NCBI GenBank assembly: GCA_030704615.1
Contig: CM060731.1
Span: 73,284,001 to 73,348,000 of the forward strand
Origin: Takakia lepidozioides
Lineage: Eukaryota; Plantae; Bryophyta
Length of the DNA stretch: 64,000 bases
Reading direction: 5' to 3'
The notes below the pieces were generated by a model. The model ran no database searches, had not been told where the DNA came from, and worked only from the letters and a program-made list of their open reading frames with translations. Each line of letters starts with the position of its first letter. Within the stretch, counting starts at the first letter, position 1. A program made the translations under genes and the position numbers. This document shows, piece after piece, positions 35,597 through 49,584 of this stretch.

Positions 35597-37706
35597 TGTG
35601 GCCTAAACACGGAATCGTGGACATGCAAGGTGGTCAGTTTGCCTTGTCAGGAAGGCTGGCAGACGGTTAGCTTGACTCGGAATTTTTCCCCTTGTGTTTC
35701 CCACCCCCCTAAACTTGCAGTCCATGGCAGTTTGATGATACATTGATAGTCTGGCTCGCAACGGTCCCCCCGTTTTGCCACTGCATTAGAATTTGGCGGG
35801 AAGCAGGTTGGCGGGAGCACAGATTATATCTCCACTTTGCTCCACTTGCCTTTCATTCTGTTTGCTCTTGCTCGCTCTTCATCGCTCTTGCTTCTTTGCA
35901 GTGTCTACGTCGTCCCTGTTCACTTCGTCGGTTGGCAAGTCGTCCTTGCATCACACGGTAAGCATGCGAACGCATTTGCTGTGGCCATCATTGTGGGCCA
36001 ACTCGCCCCATCATCACACGACTACCATGTAATCCCGCTTCAGGAGAACTGCACACACAGCTCAATGGCACTGCAGCATGGAGCGCCTTCAGAGGGAGCA
36101 GACAATTCAGTATGCTGCAGAGCAAGCAGAAGCACAGCGAATTAGCCGTCATGTGGAAGAGGCTTGTTTAATTGTGCTTCACTGGCTTGGAACCAGCGGC
36201 ATTCACCGAAGGGAGGTTGTGCCTCAATTTTTCTGCCTATCTGCTTGTAGCAAAAGGCTGGATACCTGTGGGCGTCGGTACCCCTACCTATATGGCTACG
36301 CGGCGTGGTACCACATCACTAAGCTTCCTTGTCCAATTGGGTTCTCCCTGTAGAGGAGTTGTGAGAGGATGTCAGTCATGAAGTTTGTTGCTGCTCTTGT
36401 GTGTGAAGGCATCCTATAATATTTAATGAGAATCATTGCGCACACAATGTGCCATGATTCTGAGTAGGCCAGTGCATTTGCAGATTGCGGTATAGCGAAC
36501 GCCGCTCGTTTTTGGGTGCCCTGAACTACCCGCTGGGTCTTTTTGTCTACACATATTTTGCATCACTGTGAATGTGAATGATTGGCCAGTGTTTTGCACC
36601 AGGGTGTGTATCCACTGAAAGCATCGTTTCGTCTTCTCTCAAGCCTTTGTCTTTCAATTGTGGTGCCGATTTTTGAAAAATGCAGTGCACTGCTTCAACC
36701 ATCATAGAACCTGCATGGTCGCCTCTCATACGCATGTTCGGAACTTGTCTCTATTCTCCACCAAGCCCACGCGTTAGTAACATGCATCGTGTGCAGCCGT
36801 TAGCTGCACTTGCATCCAATGCACGTGAATGTCCAACCCTGCGAGCAATGGTAGATTGACACGTCATCATTTGCAATCACATCCTGCATATGTTTCATCC
36901 ATTTATGTTTGCATCGTCCACGTAGACACTCCTTGGGCAACCGGCAATCGCCACGTGCAGTTGTGAATACTGGCAGTCATACATTCTCATGCCCACGTCA
37001 TCCTGTTGCAGTTTTGGCCATGACTCCTGGTCGTATCTACCATATCTGGTCAAACGTGTTTGACCGCAGATCCTGACATGGCGGAGGTACAAGATGGCAT
37101 ATACGACTTCTGTTGGTCACAAATGGCAACCAGGACTGCCCCCTTGCATTTTGTAGACATATATGCTACGTCTGGGCAAATGTGGCAGACGTTAAAGCCG
37201 GAATCTGTTGTAGTGATAGGCGAGTTCTCCTACGGACAGGCAAGTAGCAGCAGGCCTTGAGAAGACCAGGGAGTGTGCTAGAAGGTAGTCTACACAAGTG
37301 GCTTCCATCCTGCAGCACTCCACTTTCGTGCTTCACTTCTATGCAACTGATACAAAAATTGCTTGCAAAAGAAGGTGTGAAGCAGAGAGGAAGCATTTGC
37401 AGCTGACATGTCAGCTCCAGATCATAGGGAGGACAGTAGTGCATTAGCATTATCATTATCAGCAGAATCTAGGTTGGACCATAAACGAAGGATGCAGGGA
37501 AATTGACAAATTCCTAGAAGCCCTGGCTTATCTTCTCATTCGGGAGACGATTAGACGAGAGCTGAAGGAGCGGTCGCAATACTGAAGAACTATGGCTGAA
37601 AAACATATCTAGGTTATATCTATCCAATATTACCAAATGCGGAACCTATTTTATTCTTCTCTTAACGACTGCAATATATCAAATACAGTCTATAACCAGA
37701 GTTTTG

Positions 37707-39436
37707 ACAATGACAATTTATAGTTCAATTACATATTAAGTTAAAACTCTTAAGATCATACTAATTAATGAGTTACTGATGGGCTTTGGCAAGACAAGAG
37801 TTGGTAAACAAAAGCCCAACTTACAGAGTTTTAAGGTTGGTTAGTGGCACAAAAATTTCGGGAATTCCATTGCTTAGCAACGTCAGAATGGTTCTCTCTA
37901 GGCTGCTGGATTGACACCAAGCCTCTTGCATGAATGCAGGAATCTAAGTCAACTTGCAATGCCTCAATTTTCTTGCAAGTATATGGAGGCATAGAAAAGT
38001 CTCATCAGGAGATGACCCCCATAGTTCCATCTCAACAGAAAGACTTCAAAGTTAATTTCATCGTAGAGCAGGCTTCCCACCTATGAGATGGGGAATGCAC
38101 GACGTATGAAGAAATGTTGTAAAGCAACATGAAAACCTATTGTATGTCACCTTGATAGACAATCGCTGCGATGGTATGATGGAGAACACGACGTCCTAAA
38201 AAAAAAGCAGATTCTGGATAATGGTCAAACATGTACATACTAGCAGGAACAAAGAAACAAAGAATTCAACATTCCAGCTAAAAGAGGGTATCATTGGCTT
38301 AGAGCTCCCGAACGAATGGAGGCAATTGGTAAGGCAAATTTCCTTGAATATTGTTATTGCTCACATCACTGCATCACGAATGTGCACAATATTGTAAGCT
38401 GGGACAAAAATAGGTGAAAATGGATGTACAACATATCTCTACTCCTGTTTCAGGTTGCCAAAAGGGCCTAGCAAACGGTCCAGTCCGCCATAGGCCTTGT
38501 GAGGCACCAAGCTTTGGTACTGGAGGGTAGCAGAACGGTATCTGACATGGATAGGCAGACATGCTGGCATTTGAAGTGCAAGCCAAGCACATGCGAGCAT
38601 TGAAAGTTGCAATAGGATCTAGTCCGTTTGAATGATGGCAATGGGCCTGCAAGGGTCGGCCCCTTGTAAGTAGTCACTACGCACACCTTACCAGTTCTGA
38701 AAATGAAAAGTTGGAGAGACTTGTCCAAATGGCAGATGTACAAGGAAGACACATATAGAGAAAACTTTTCTTGATGTAAGATATATGCTGCATTCACAAC
38801 TCCTCTGATGTACATTTTGATGGTGTTTTTCCTCTTCACTATATTTTCATCCTCTACTCTTTCATTTGTAAATACTGCACACCATTATCAATCCTCCCTT
38901 TGCTTTCTGATACTCAGTCGGAGTTTCTAGAGGAAGTAGAGGCAGTTCCAACTTGAAAGTCCCAAGCCAGATAGCCGACTAGAGCACAAAAGGTGACGAG
39001 GCTAAGTAGTGCTTGTGAGCAAGCTCATCAAAGTATCATAGATTGTCTGCCAAGGCAAGCAACTCATTGCTCTTCCCATACCCCCAATGAACCCCACAGC
39101 TAGCAACCCCAAGCTGACCACTGTTCCAAAACTTACAATCATCAAAGTAAGGGTCAACGTGTTTGTCACTTTGCATTTCAAAAATATATCAAATTAGTAT
39201 ACAACCCTCCCCCAATAACTGCCGCTAACTAATATCTGCTTTGACATGGGAGATACATTGATCTTGAGACAAAGAGTTCAATCAAATTTCATTATGGCAG
39301 ACCATCCCCTTACACCCGCCATCGGCCTACTCTAACATTTCCAGTATGCCTACCGAGACCAAGTGAGAGACAATGACAATTTATAGTTCAATTACATATT
39401 AAGTTAAAACTCTTAAGATGATACTGATTAATGAGC
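37707..39436. repeat. Dispersed ~65-bp direct repeat at ~37707-37771 and ~39369-39435
   Basis: gacaatgacaatttatagttcaattacatattaagttaaaactcttaagat..atact.attaatgag occurs twice. Confidence 0.8.
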
Positions 39437-42369
39437 ATTCATATCACTCACAAAAAACAAAATCTAATGAGTACCAAGAAAAACACTAGGGCCAGAAGGG
39501 AGACCTAATGTTCTCCATGCAATAAAAAATGAAGATGCTTTTCTCTGGCTTCTTTCCGTTCACAGTTGCTGCCACCACTGTCACGTAACCCGGCCCCGCC
39601 TATCTTTGCATGGTCGCAAAATTAGTCTTCACATTTCATACTTCACACAACAATATTCACCGACAGCCATCAACTTTAAATCCCCTCTAAGACAGTAGAA
39701 ATTGGGCCTTGATACTCATACATAGGTCTTGGGTGTGAAGTGCAGGAAAGGGAACTAGGCCCAAAGCACTCACTGTGTGGATGACTCACTGGTCAAGCTG
39801 AGAAATTACACCAGTGAGAACCTGAAAACCTTGCTAGAAGACAGACATCAAACAACACTCTTTTCCTGCACATTTCTGGAGATCAAAGCCCATGTTACTA
39901 CGCACACAGGGCTAGCAACACCATCAATACTTAAAAGCTATGTGGAAGAGATCCGTGATACATTCACTAGTAGGTGTGTCCACAGACACAAACCTGAATG
40001 AAGTAAGGTAGACATATATGTTATATTCAAAGCACTTCAGCAAAATGCATCTAGAAGGAGCAAACCCTTGGATGCCCAATAGCAAATAAACTTAGGTGGA
40101 TTAGACACTTGTAGAAGAATGTGGGATGACTGAGCCTACCTGAACAACCAGAGTGCACCGTGGATCCACCGGTAGATTTCTTGTGTGGATTGCTAATGGT
40201 GATAACAAAAGAAGAGGATCTACACACATGCCAAGGAGCCCAGCAGTTTTCAATGTGATGTGTGCAAACTTCGTCATATAACAATACTAACAAGCTGAAA
40301 TCAATACTCTAGGTATTCTCTGAATAACGCCAGATGTCTTGTTTATTTGGAAAGTGTCTGACTCTCAAGACATTAAAACATAGAAATTGGTCCTCTCTGA
40401 TTACTACTAGTATTCTTGTTTATTGGAAAAGAGTAGGACTCTCAAGAACGAATACATCCTCTCACACACTGCCTGTCTTAGTTCCGGTCACTACATGTAG
40501 CTGATTGTGCGATGTCAGGCAATTGTATCACATCCGTATTATCAAGAGATCTAAATTCTGCCACATTCTCTTTACCATGTGAACCACAGCCATAGTCAAA
40601 TTCATGCCAGATAGAGCCTGTATTCACAGTGTTGAATCCCAGCCCTTAAAACACACATTTCTGTCCTCGAGCAAATGGCATACTTTAGCAACTTTGGGAT
40701 TTGCTTCAGAACTCGAAGACTGTGTTTAATATCCAGTCAGTACATTCCTCTGCACAGAGAATTGACTATCACTTTTTATCACTGTTTCCGCGCTGCCCTA
40801 TACTCTCTAAACATATCCAGGTCATGGACTTCAATACAATGAGGATTGGAACAACATGCCCTAAAGTTTGGGGAGAAAAGTCCACCCCATTCTTCTCACT
40901 ACTAGTCTTTGGAGGTGCCACGTAGTCGTTAGCTCCTGACCCAGCTCCTTCTTCCTTCAATGCTGCCCTTGGGAATTGAATGGTGTCTTTTGCGTTATCC
41001 CACCCATGTCTGCTCTTCAACACATCTCTCACACTGCAAGTGGGTAGAAGCATGGTACGGACCATCCAAAAGCGGCAACTTGCAGTCCATAAAAAATGGA
41101 CATATGAAGTAGAAAACGCAGCACGCGGGAACGAAGTCGGAAAAAGTTGAATCTATTGTAGCCGTTGATTGTTTTTGTACATCAAGTTATTACCGTTGAT
41201 TGGAGGTCGCCTTCATCGGGGGGGGTGGCTGGAAGATGGCTGGTCGCGTTGGGCTAGACTGAAGTGCGGGGACGACGAGCTGCCATGTGACGCGCAATGC
41301 GCAACTAAGCTAGCCAGGACGTACGAGTTGATTGGGATTGGGAATGTGAAGAGATTGGGAAGAGATTGGGAATGTTTGATCACAAAAGTTTGCTTACCAT
41401 TTTGTAAGATTTTTAGGGTTTAGCTTGTGATTGTTTCATCAACTCTACGCATGCGTGAAGTTCATTTTCATTTCTGTGTTTCTATGGGCGCGCTTGGGTG
41501 GTGGTAGCAGAGGAAGCGGGCGATGCGAGCAGAGCTTATAAAGTGCAACATTGTGTGTTGCTGCCATAGCAAAAGAGGCACGAGGGTAGAGGAGTAGAGG
41601 AGGAGCTTGGGCGGGGGTGCTCGGGTGTGCCATCGCTGGAAAAGCACTTGATTGTTGCCTGACTCTACCCTTGGTAAGTTTCGTTCAAGTTCGTGGCCAG
41701 TCGATTTGGTGTGCGGCATATCTGGAATTAGGTTCCTGCAAGCATGAATGTTTCTGTCGTAGCGCCTGGAAAGAGATGGCAGATTGCCATCCAAATGATG
41801 ATCATGACTAGTAACTTTCCACTTGAACTCTACAAGTACGAGCCACCGCTGCGATCTTTCACGCCTGATTCTATACTTCTTGCATTGTGCATTTGAACAC
41901 AGGTGGTTAATTGCCTTTCTTGAATCTTGACAGTGATGCCTGTTTTGTTTATCATTCTCTATGGTGTGTTCCTTGTTGGGTTGGTATTTCTCCATTTTTT
42001 TCCCTGCCCAGAGAAGGATATACTTACGTTCTGTTAGTGAGTCTAGTTGAGCTAATTTTTGGAGCTACCTGCTAGCAATTCATGTTGTAAAACCCTAAAA
42101 TTTTAGGCTGCACAGTCATTCATACATGACAGTTTGTATGTGACCATTACGGTGAGGGTACCTGCATGATGATTGATCACAAAAGTCTGCTTACTATTAC
42201 CTTTGTGAGGGGCTCACTCCAGTAGTTGGAGCTACCTTGATATAAACAATTGGTTGCATCAATCTGCTCTGTCTGAGCTACCTAGCAATTAGACCCTAAC
42301 AGGGCTAGGGCCTTAGGCTCAGAATCGATACTTTGAAAGTTAGTGAACAGAGGTGCAAGCACTATACGG

Positions 42370-42690
42370 TCCTGAAGAGGATGGCTCTCTGATGAGAATA
42401 CCCGGGACACTGTTTTAGAAAATGGGTATTGCCTTCAGCGCGCCCACACATCGAGCATTGACAATCTCCCTTTCTTGTCTGCATGTGTTATTTGTTCAAG
42501 AATTGACCCCCCGCCTTGGGGTTAAATTGTAGTTTAATGCTGAGGATAGGTAGGCCTTTCAGTCTAAGGTTCACCCATGTCACAAACTGGAAACAAGTTC
42601 AGGGATGTTTATTCCTAACTTATTTTTGTTCAAGCATTATTCATGCTTCGGACGTGGCTTTAGACACTTCAGCCTCCAAGTGAGCTTCAT
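42370..42690 (-). mobile_element. Degenerate LINE fragment related to 34327-35596
   Basis: Reverse complement contains tccctgaacttgtttccagt..gtgacatggg and gtcc.ggg.tt.ctca..a.agag, matching 35050-35290. Confidence 0.65.
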
Positions 42691-43959
42691 CCAGCAGGGT
42701 CAGTTCTCCTACCATGCAGACTTGTGAACTGTTTTCGCTGGCTGGTTTCAAGTGAGACTGCATGCCCTTTTTTGTCAAGTTGCATTTGTATATGGCTTGT
42801 ACCAAATGTGGTCGTTGTTATAAAAGGGACGATATCAGCGAGGCAGGGGAAGAGTAGCAGATGTAGCATAGGTAGTTGAATGTAAAGTTTGTCACACTAG
42901 TAGTGGGTACCAAGTCCAGTCTATTCAAACAGGTGAACAGACCCCTGAGTTTGTGTCACTTATCTTTGTTGTTATGACTTCAAACTACTCTCCAACGAGC
43001 TACCCTTTTTGTGTTATAGTGAGGGGGGCAAGTGGATCCCATTTTTGGAGACCTGGACAGTAACCTATTTTCTAGTGTGCAGAAGAAGGGCCCAACAGTG
43101 TGATTGTTGATTGCCAAGGAATTTTGAGTGTCTGTATTGAAAATGTTTGGTTTCTCTTGCTGCCATGTTAGTCCTTGAAGAATTTACATTTTACTATCCT
43201 CTGATTCCATCTGCTTGCCTGCATATGTTGTCGCATTTGTGGGGCTACTATTCAACAAGTTTTCAGCTGTTTGTGCAGCTGATTTGCGGGATGGCAGGTG
43301 GCCTGCGGCTCTCCTCACGCTACCTCCCACCACATCTTGCAAAAGCATTACAGGTGTGGCACCCCCTTAGCTTTTGTGCAATCTGGTGTTCCCTACTCAT
43401 ATTTTCACTTTTATTGCGTACCTCATAGCCTAGGTGGGGTAGAGGGGTAGAGTAGTCTCTTGTTGTTTAGCACGTGACAACCCAGCTCATCCTTGCGTAC
43501 CTAATTACCTAAACTGAACCATGACGCTAGATTGAAGGAACTTGTCCCTTCTCAATCATTGGTTGGGATCGAAGAGGAATATGGCAATGCATATCATCAA
43601 TATGTGAATGTTGATTCTCTGAAACTTCACCATGTGGGGGAATATAGAATTTGGAAACGTGTGGAAAGCAGGTTTGTCATCTATGTGGATCACTTGCACT
43701 TCTTGAAGGCTGCACTTGCGTTAACCAGAGACGATCCAGACTTGGCCTCTGATTGAAAAGGTAATTTCATGTCAGAATTAGGTAGTATGGTTGTCATGAA
43801 GCTGGAAATATCAGTAGGGTTTAGGGTTTGTTGGTTTGTTGGTTCTCATGAAGCTGGAAATGTTGGTAGGGTGTTGGTTTGTAGCTCCATCCTTGCCCCC
43901 TCATGTTGCTGTCTCCGTACATAACCAACTGAGTTGTAAAAAACTAGTTTAATGGGAAT

Positions 43960-46380
43960 GTGGGGCTGGGAGTATGTAGGGCACTCAGGAAGCGGTTCAA
44001 AACAATGGTGCAGTCGGGGAGTAAGTTACAGAATTCACCTACGAATGGGAAGAGTTCCAATGCAGCATCTGAAGATACTATGGGCGAAAGAGGGGGGCAC
44101 AAATCAGCAGATTACTTCAGGGATGTCCTCAACCTGAATGCGACAGGCAAGAATCCCAAACAACTTCTCTTAGACAAAGACATCACCAAAGAACAATGTG
44201 CAAAGTTGTTTGGACAACCTGCAAACAAGAATGGCTACTTTTACATGGGTTGTACTGACAAGAGTATGATTCCCAAAATCGAGGACCTGTGGAGTAAGGT
44301 TCATGGGTATGATTGTAAGCCAACCGGTGGTATCATTGCAAACTTGATGGCAAGGGGCATTGTCTATGAAAAAAGGACTGGACAAAAACTCAATTGGGCA
44401 GCATACGCGGCATGGACAGCTAAGCAACAAGAAAGAATGAAGGAGCATCGAGAAGCAAAGGACCCTGGCAGCACAGACAGTAAGCCAAAGCTAGGAGTTT
44501 GTGAATTGAAAGACAGGCTACGCAAAACCCCAGGTAGAGGCAAAGAAGGACTAAAACAAACGCTTGAGCAAGTTCATGTGGAGTGTGAGTCCAAGTGCTG
44601 ACTCATGTGGAGTATGAGTCGATGTGTTTAGTCATGGGGAGTGTGAGTCCACTTGCTGACTAATTACTGGGAGTATGAGTCCTTAATGATTTCCACTGAT
44701 TTCCAGTTTGGAATCAGAGTCCTGTGGAGGGTCAGTCCATGTGCTTAATCATGTGGAGTGTGAGTCCAACTGCAATAATGGATGTGGAATGCGAGTCCTT
44801 ATTGAGGAGCTTGCTTCTCAACTTGGAATCTGAGTCATGGCCTAGATGGAGTGTGAGTCCTAATTAGGGAGTGTGAATCTTGCTTGTAGTCCCACCATCA
44901 GCTGCATAGAACTTGGAAGTCTAATATGGGGGACAAAAAGTCCATTATGATGGACTGTGCACTCCCCACATAATTATTGTAGTCCAACTGTTGGGACTTC
45001 GGCCAATGGTAAGGACTACAATGACTTGACTGGACTCAAATTACAGTTAATGTTGTATTGGTAGACAGTAGGCACCAAGTGATAATTCAGCCTTCTCAAA
45101 CCAGTTGTAATGGTGTAGGTGTGATAGCAGATGATGGCTTCATTGATGCCAACAAACGAAGACCAGGACCTCCATCTCAGGCCACCACCAACTATAGCGC
45201 ATTCACCACCAACTACAGTGGAGGCCAAAGTGGACATGGTGGTAGTGCTGTGAACCAAAACTTCCCTCGAACTCCAAGCTCGTCAACTCTTCAAATGTCA
45301 CCTTTGGGGCTGTCGCGGCCGGGGATCGTTGCACCAATTGTTGTGATCCGTTGAACCCTGAGGTTGATGTCACACCTGATACCATCATGCAAGGTTTCAG
45401 CTTCAGGAAAGGGTTATGTCAAGAAGTTCCTCATTCCTGGTTCTCCACCAAAAAAGATTCCTGGATCTCCACTGCAGGCTGCATTTGTTCCAGAGATTGT
45501 CACGACACATACGCTACAAAGTACACATGAAGATGTTGTGGACTTGACAATCCCATCCACTATTGTTGCTCCTTATGTGGATGTGAAGGTTGAAAGAGAT
45601 GGTGCCCAAAATACTGGACATGTGGCAACCCTCTCATCAGACTCAGAATTGGGGTCACAGGGATTTGAAACTGATGCTGGGGCCGACTCCCAGTCTGATT
45701 CTGATACAGTTGTGTTGCACAGTACCATAGGTGGAGGCCCCTCACAAGTTTCAGATCCTATATTTCATGTCACTCCACCAGTTGCTACCTCCCTTGTTGC
45801 TCCGCCAATATCCATTCCCGCAGTTCCAGCTCAATTGGATAGTGGTTCTCCATTACCTATGGTAGTATATGTACCTCATGCCTTAGCAACAACCCCTCCT
45901 GTTCTTGGACCAGTGATGAACCCCCCAGCTGTAGCCCTTGTCAGTCCACATGTTCAGGCAACAGGGAAGCGTAAACGAGAACGAAAGAGATCTCGCAAGG
46001 CATTGAGTGCAGAGTATGCAAAGAAGCCCACCACTAGGGCAGATTCTAAGGTATCAATTGACAAGGATATGGACAAGTGCCCAGGTGAAAATACCCCCTC
46101 ATCAAAGAGAGTTGTCATGCACAAGCCCTTGGATACGAATGAAGACAACGATCTGAGCAACCATGATAAGAGTAACTCAATCCCACGGGACGGTGTTGTG
46201 AAGGCCGCTCGGGGCCCTGTTGTGAAGTCACTGAACACCGTGAAGACTCCTCCCAACTTGACCACTCAAGGGCCTGTTGTCAAGTCCCTTAATACTGTCA
46301 AGACCCCACCTAACTTGAAGATGGATGCAGGTTCTTCTGGTGCAGGCCCTAAGAAGAAGAAAAGAAAACATACCAACTAG
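43960..46380 (+). CDS. Orphan, probably TE-associated gene pieces (213-aa and 338-aa ORFs)
   Basis: Long ORFs 43960-44601 (…LFGQP..NGYFY…LNWAAYAAWT) and 45364-46380 (Pro/Val-rich, NLS-like KRKRERKR and PKKKKRK, 17-aa internal duplication). Confidence 0.45.
44572..44880. repeat. Degenerate ~30-bp minisatellite, core CATGTGGAGTGTGAGTCC
   Basis: About 10 recurrences of gga(g/a)t(g/a)tgagtcc. Confidence 0.75.
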
Positions 46381-48349
46381 GTACAAGATGAGTACTGTAC
46401 ACTTATGCTTTTATCACTAATGTTAGAATAACTCTTGGTTGTTATTTTGCCAATTCATGCTCAAGTTTCTGATGCAATTTAACTCCTCTATGCATGATAT
46501 ATAGGACATACATCTGGTATACGTCTAGTGCTGAATTATGAGACAGAAGTAAAGTAAGATCTTGAGCATTGTGGGTGGCAATGCAGGGCATGTGATTAGC
46601 AGACCGCCCCTATGAGGACTTTACCACTCGCTGCTGTCATTGTGGGGACAGGTCTCGTCTCTTCATAGTACTTGTTCATTTATGACATGGCCACTTTGGG
46701 AGGCAGGCACCAAGCAAAGGCTAGTCTTTCATCGATGGGGTAGAGGTTGGTGCCACGATATGTCAATGTTGAGCAGTTTAGAACTGGCAGAGGATGTGTT
46801 AGTTGTTACCATTAGGTGCCCAGCCAAGTCATGTGATGTGGATTTGCCCTTGTGGTTTCTCGAGTGGCTCACAATGGACACATGACATGGATTGAGGGCA
46901 TGCACATTACTGTTCTTTGTTCATTTTCTGCTGATAGGTATGCTGTACATGTTTGAGTAAGGCAGCAATATCATGACAGTGGTTTTTGAAAACAATGCAC
47001 TCTTTTTTGCTATCTGTTTCTGATAGGAATTGCTAGAATACCTTCGTGCAGGCAGTCTACTGTCATTCATTCTAAGTGAGAAAGATGGCTTTGAAAGGCC
47101 CGTTGCTTTTCCTACCTGTGCTACAATTCTCCAACATGCGTGGGTTTAATAGAGTCTGCGCCTGAAATTTGACTAACTGGTGGATGGTATGGCTACATCC
47201 GGTTGCGTACCTCTATCCTCCTTTGCTTGACTCTGATAGTTCATTTACAAAACTGCAATCGACACCGACAATACAAGTCTCATCTCTCAATGGTAATTAG
47301 TCTAGCTCCTTGGTGAAGATCCCTAGTATGGCGGACCGAAGCCTGGCCAACAGACAGCATTCCCATCATTCCCCTCTCTACAGGAGACAAGCTGGTTCTG
47401 TACCCCAAGTCAGGACACTAATCAACTCACTAAACAGAATATACCTCAGTAATGGCAGCTCTAAGCAATCTACCTTCGCTCAATTGAGCACATAAATGTG
47501 ATTTGTAGTGCTGCCTGCCTAATTCTTCAGAGAGTTTGATAGTATCTCTCAACTTCATCCAAGCTTAAAAATTACTTGTGTGTATGATTTAATGCATGCA
47601 GTTCAATATGCAAGGATGGCTTAACTTTGAAGAGGGAATCAAGAGTATGATAGCAGGTCTGCTACTGTTCCACTTGATTGTCCCACTGTGTTTGGAAGGC
47701 TGTTAGCGACTCAGACTAGAATGGCGCCCGGCTTCAGCGTGTTGAGGATCATGTGCCTTGAGGAACATGTGCCTTATTTTTACAGCTATGATCTTCTCCA
47801 CTTTCTTATCCAAAACGAGGGTGTGGAACTTTGAAAGGACCAGGAAGTATGACAAGTTGTAGGGTTTATGATGAGGTTTTGCCATATCTTCGTAGCCAGG
47901 CACCTTTGCCAACCAGTTGGTATGAGAAGGGGGAGGACAACAAATTGTGTGATCAGAGAGGAAGGCAGACACACTCCAAATAACAAGAAACCAATCACAG
48001 AAAGAAAACCAGACACATTAAATTGAAATTCCCCGCCTTGTGAAGTGATACACCACAGCACTAGTGTGGGAATTCTAGTCACCAGGCACATTCAATTGAA
48101 CAGTAACAAATTTGGCCACAGCCACAACCTCTTCAGCCATAGCTTGCAAGATAGATTATAGATTATGAATTATAATCTGCGGCCAAATAACAAAGCTACA
48201 TACATACAAATTCCGAAAACAATCTCTCAGCTCACAAGCAACTTGTAATTCACATTGCTACATATTTGAGTTACATAACCCAAGGGAGAATTGGACCCCA
48301 TCCCGATAAGGGAAGTTGCCCGTCAACCATGGATTGGCCTGCAACATGC

Positions 48350-49584
48350 CATCTTAGCGATCTTCCATTGCTGCCAGAGCTTCATTGATGCCTTCCAATG
48401 CATCCGCAGACAAGGTGAAGACTGCATCCTTGCCTTTGACTCAATATGTCGCTAGAGGCATAGCAAATTTGATAGCCCTCACCAAATGCGAATACAGAAA
48501 TGCCAAAGGCTGGTCAGATAGGAACTTGTAAGCCTTATCTCTTCTTCCACACAACTGGTAATATCTCCCTGCAACCACATGCTCGCCAGGGTCAAAAGTA
48601 CTTCCCCACCCATCTGTGAAATGTCTCCATAACAACGTGAACCGGCCTTTCACAACAAAGCAAGTAGAAGTCCACCCCTTCTGAGTTTTCCAGCTTCAGC
48701 ATTGCAGGCAAAATTGTCCCTTGCATCCAAGCAGGAGGCCAAGTCCTCCCCATCTCCCCCAAACTCTTGTTCTTCATCCCCTTTTTCTTCAATCTGCCTC
48801 CGGACAGCAGTTGTATTTGTAGGTTGCAGGGTTTGCAACTTCCATTTTTGTGCATGAGCAATACTGATGCAGTTGTCCCAATCAAGATCCAAACAATGCG
48901 GACAAAAACATGCTAAGTCTCGAACCATAAGTTTGGTTGGGTCTGACTTGTTCCTCCCAAGAATGGAATGTAAAGACCGAGTTCCAGGTACGGTCTTGCA
49001 ATCCCACTCTTGTGTACGGTCAACATCTTCTGTACCAACAAGCCAAAAATGTCTTTTCACTGCTGTTCTAATCTTAGAGTACGAAGAAGGAGGTCGGGTG
49101 GACAGGTTCTTGCGCAAAAAAGCTACTGCCTGAGCAGCATTTTGCAGCTTCACACCATTTGAGTTTAACTGTTCTGCTCGTAAAGCCCTCTTGATCACAG
49201 CACCAGCCCCATTGTGCTCACCTTTCTCGTGCCTTGATCCAAAAAAGTTCCACCACATTGTGCAACCCCCTGTGATGTGGGGGTACCTACTAACAAAATC
49301 CCAAGGACGAGCACCTTTATACTTAGCAGCACAACCGTCACTCCATACCCAATGCGATTCAGGTCTGAACCCTGCTTCAGCAAGGTAATTCCAATGAAAC
49401 CGAAACAATGTTGTATGAACAGCGTGTCATGCTTGTTGTCATCAGAAATGTAAAAGTGCATTTCTTTCAAAACCTTGGAATCGGGATCATTCACATCAGG
49501 GTGTGGATTCCACCGGTAGGTAATGTGCACCAATATAGTGATCTGGAAACTGTGCCAGTGCATCTTTTGCACTGCATTCTGAAC
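48350..49584 (-). pseudogene. 3' part of a Sola2-like DDD transposase, interrupted at 49584; continues at 62822-62829
   Basis: (T)FTVQNAVQKMHW..QITI, FYISDDNKHDTLFIQHCF, WVWSDGCAAKYKG, WNFFGSRHEKGEHNGAGAVIKR (decayed HGKGxxDGxG), VPGTRSLHS, RDLACFCPHC. Confidence 0.7.

Noticed and set aside
39960-48085. CACTAG/TAGTG words at ~39965, ~42895 and ~48060 as the host CACTA terminus
   Set aside because: Isolated short matches with no partner TIR, TSD or subterminal repeats visible.
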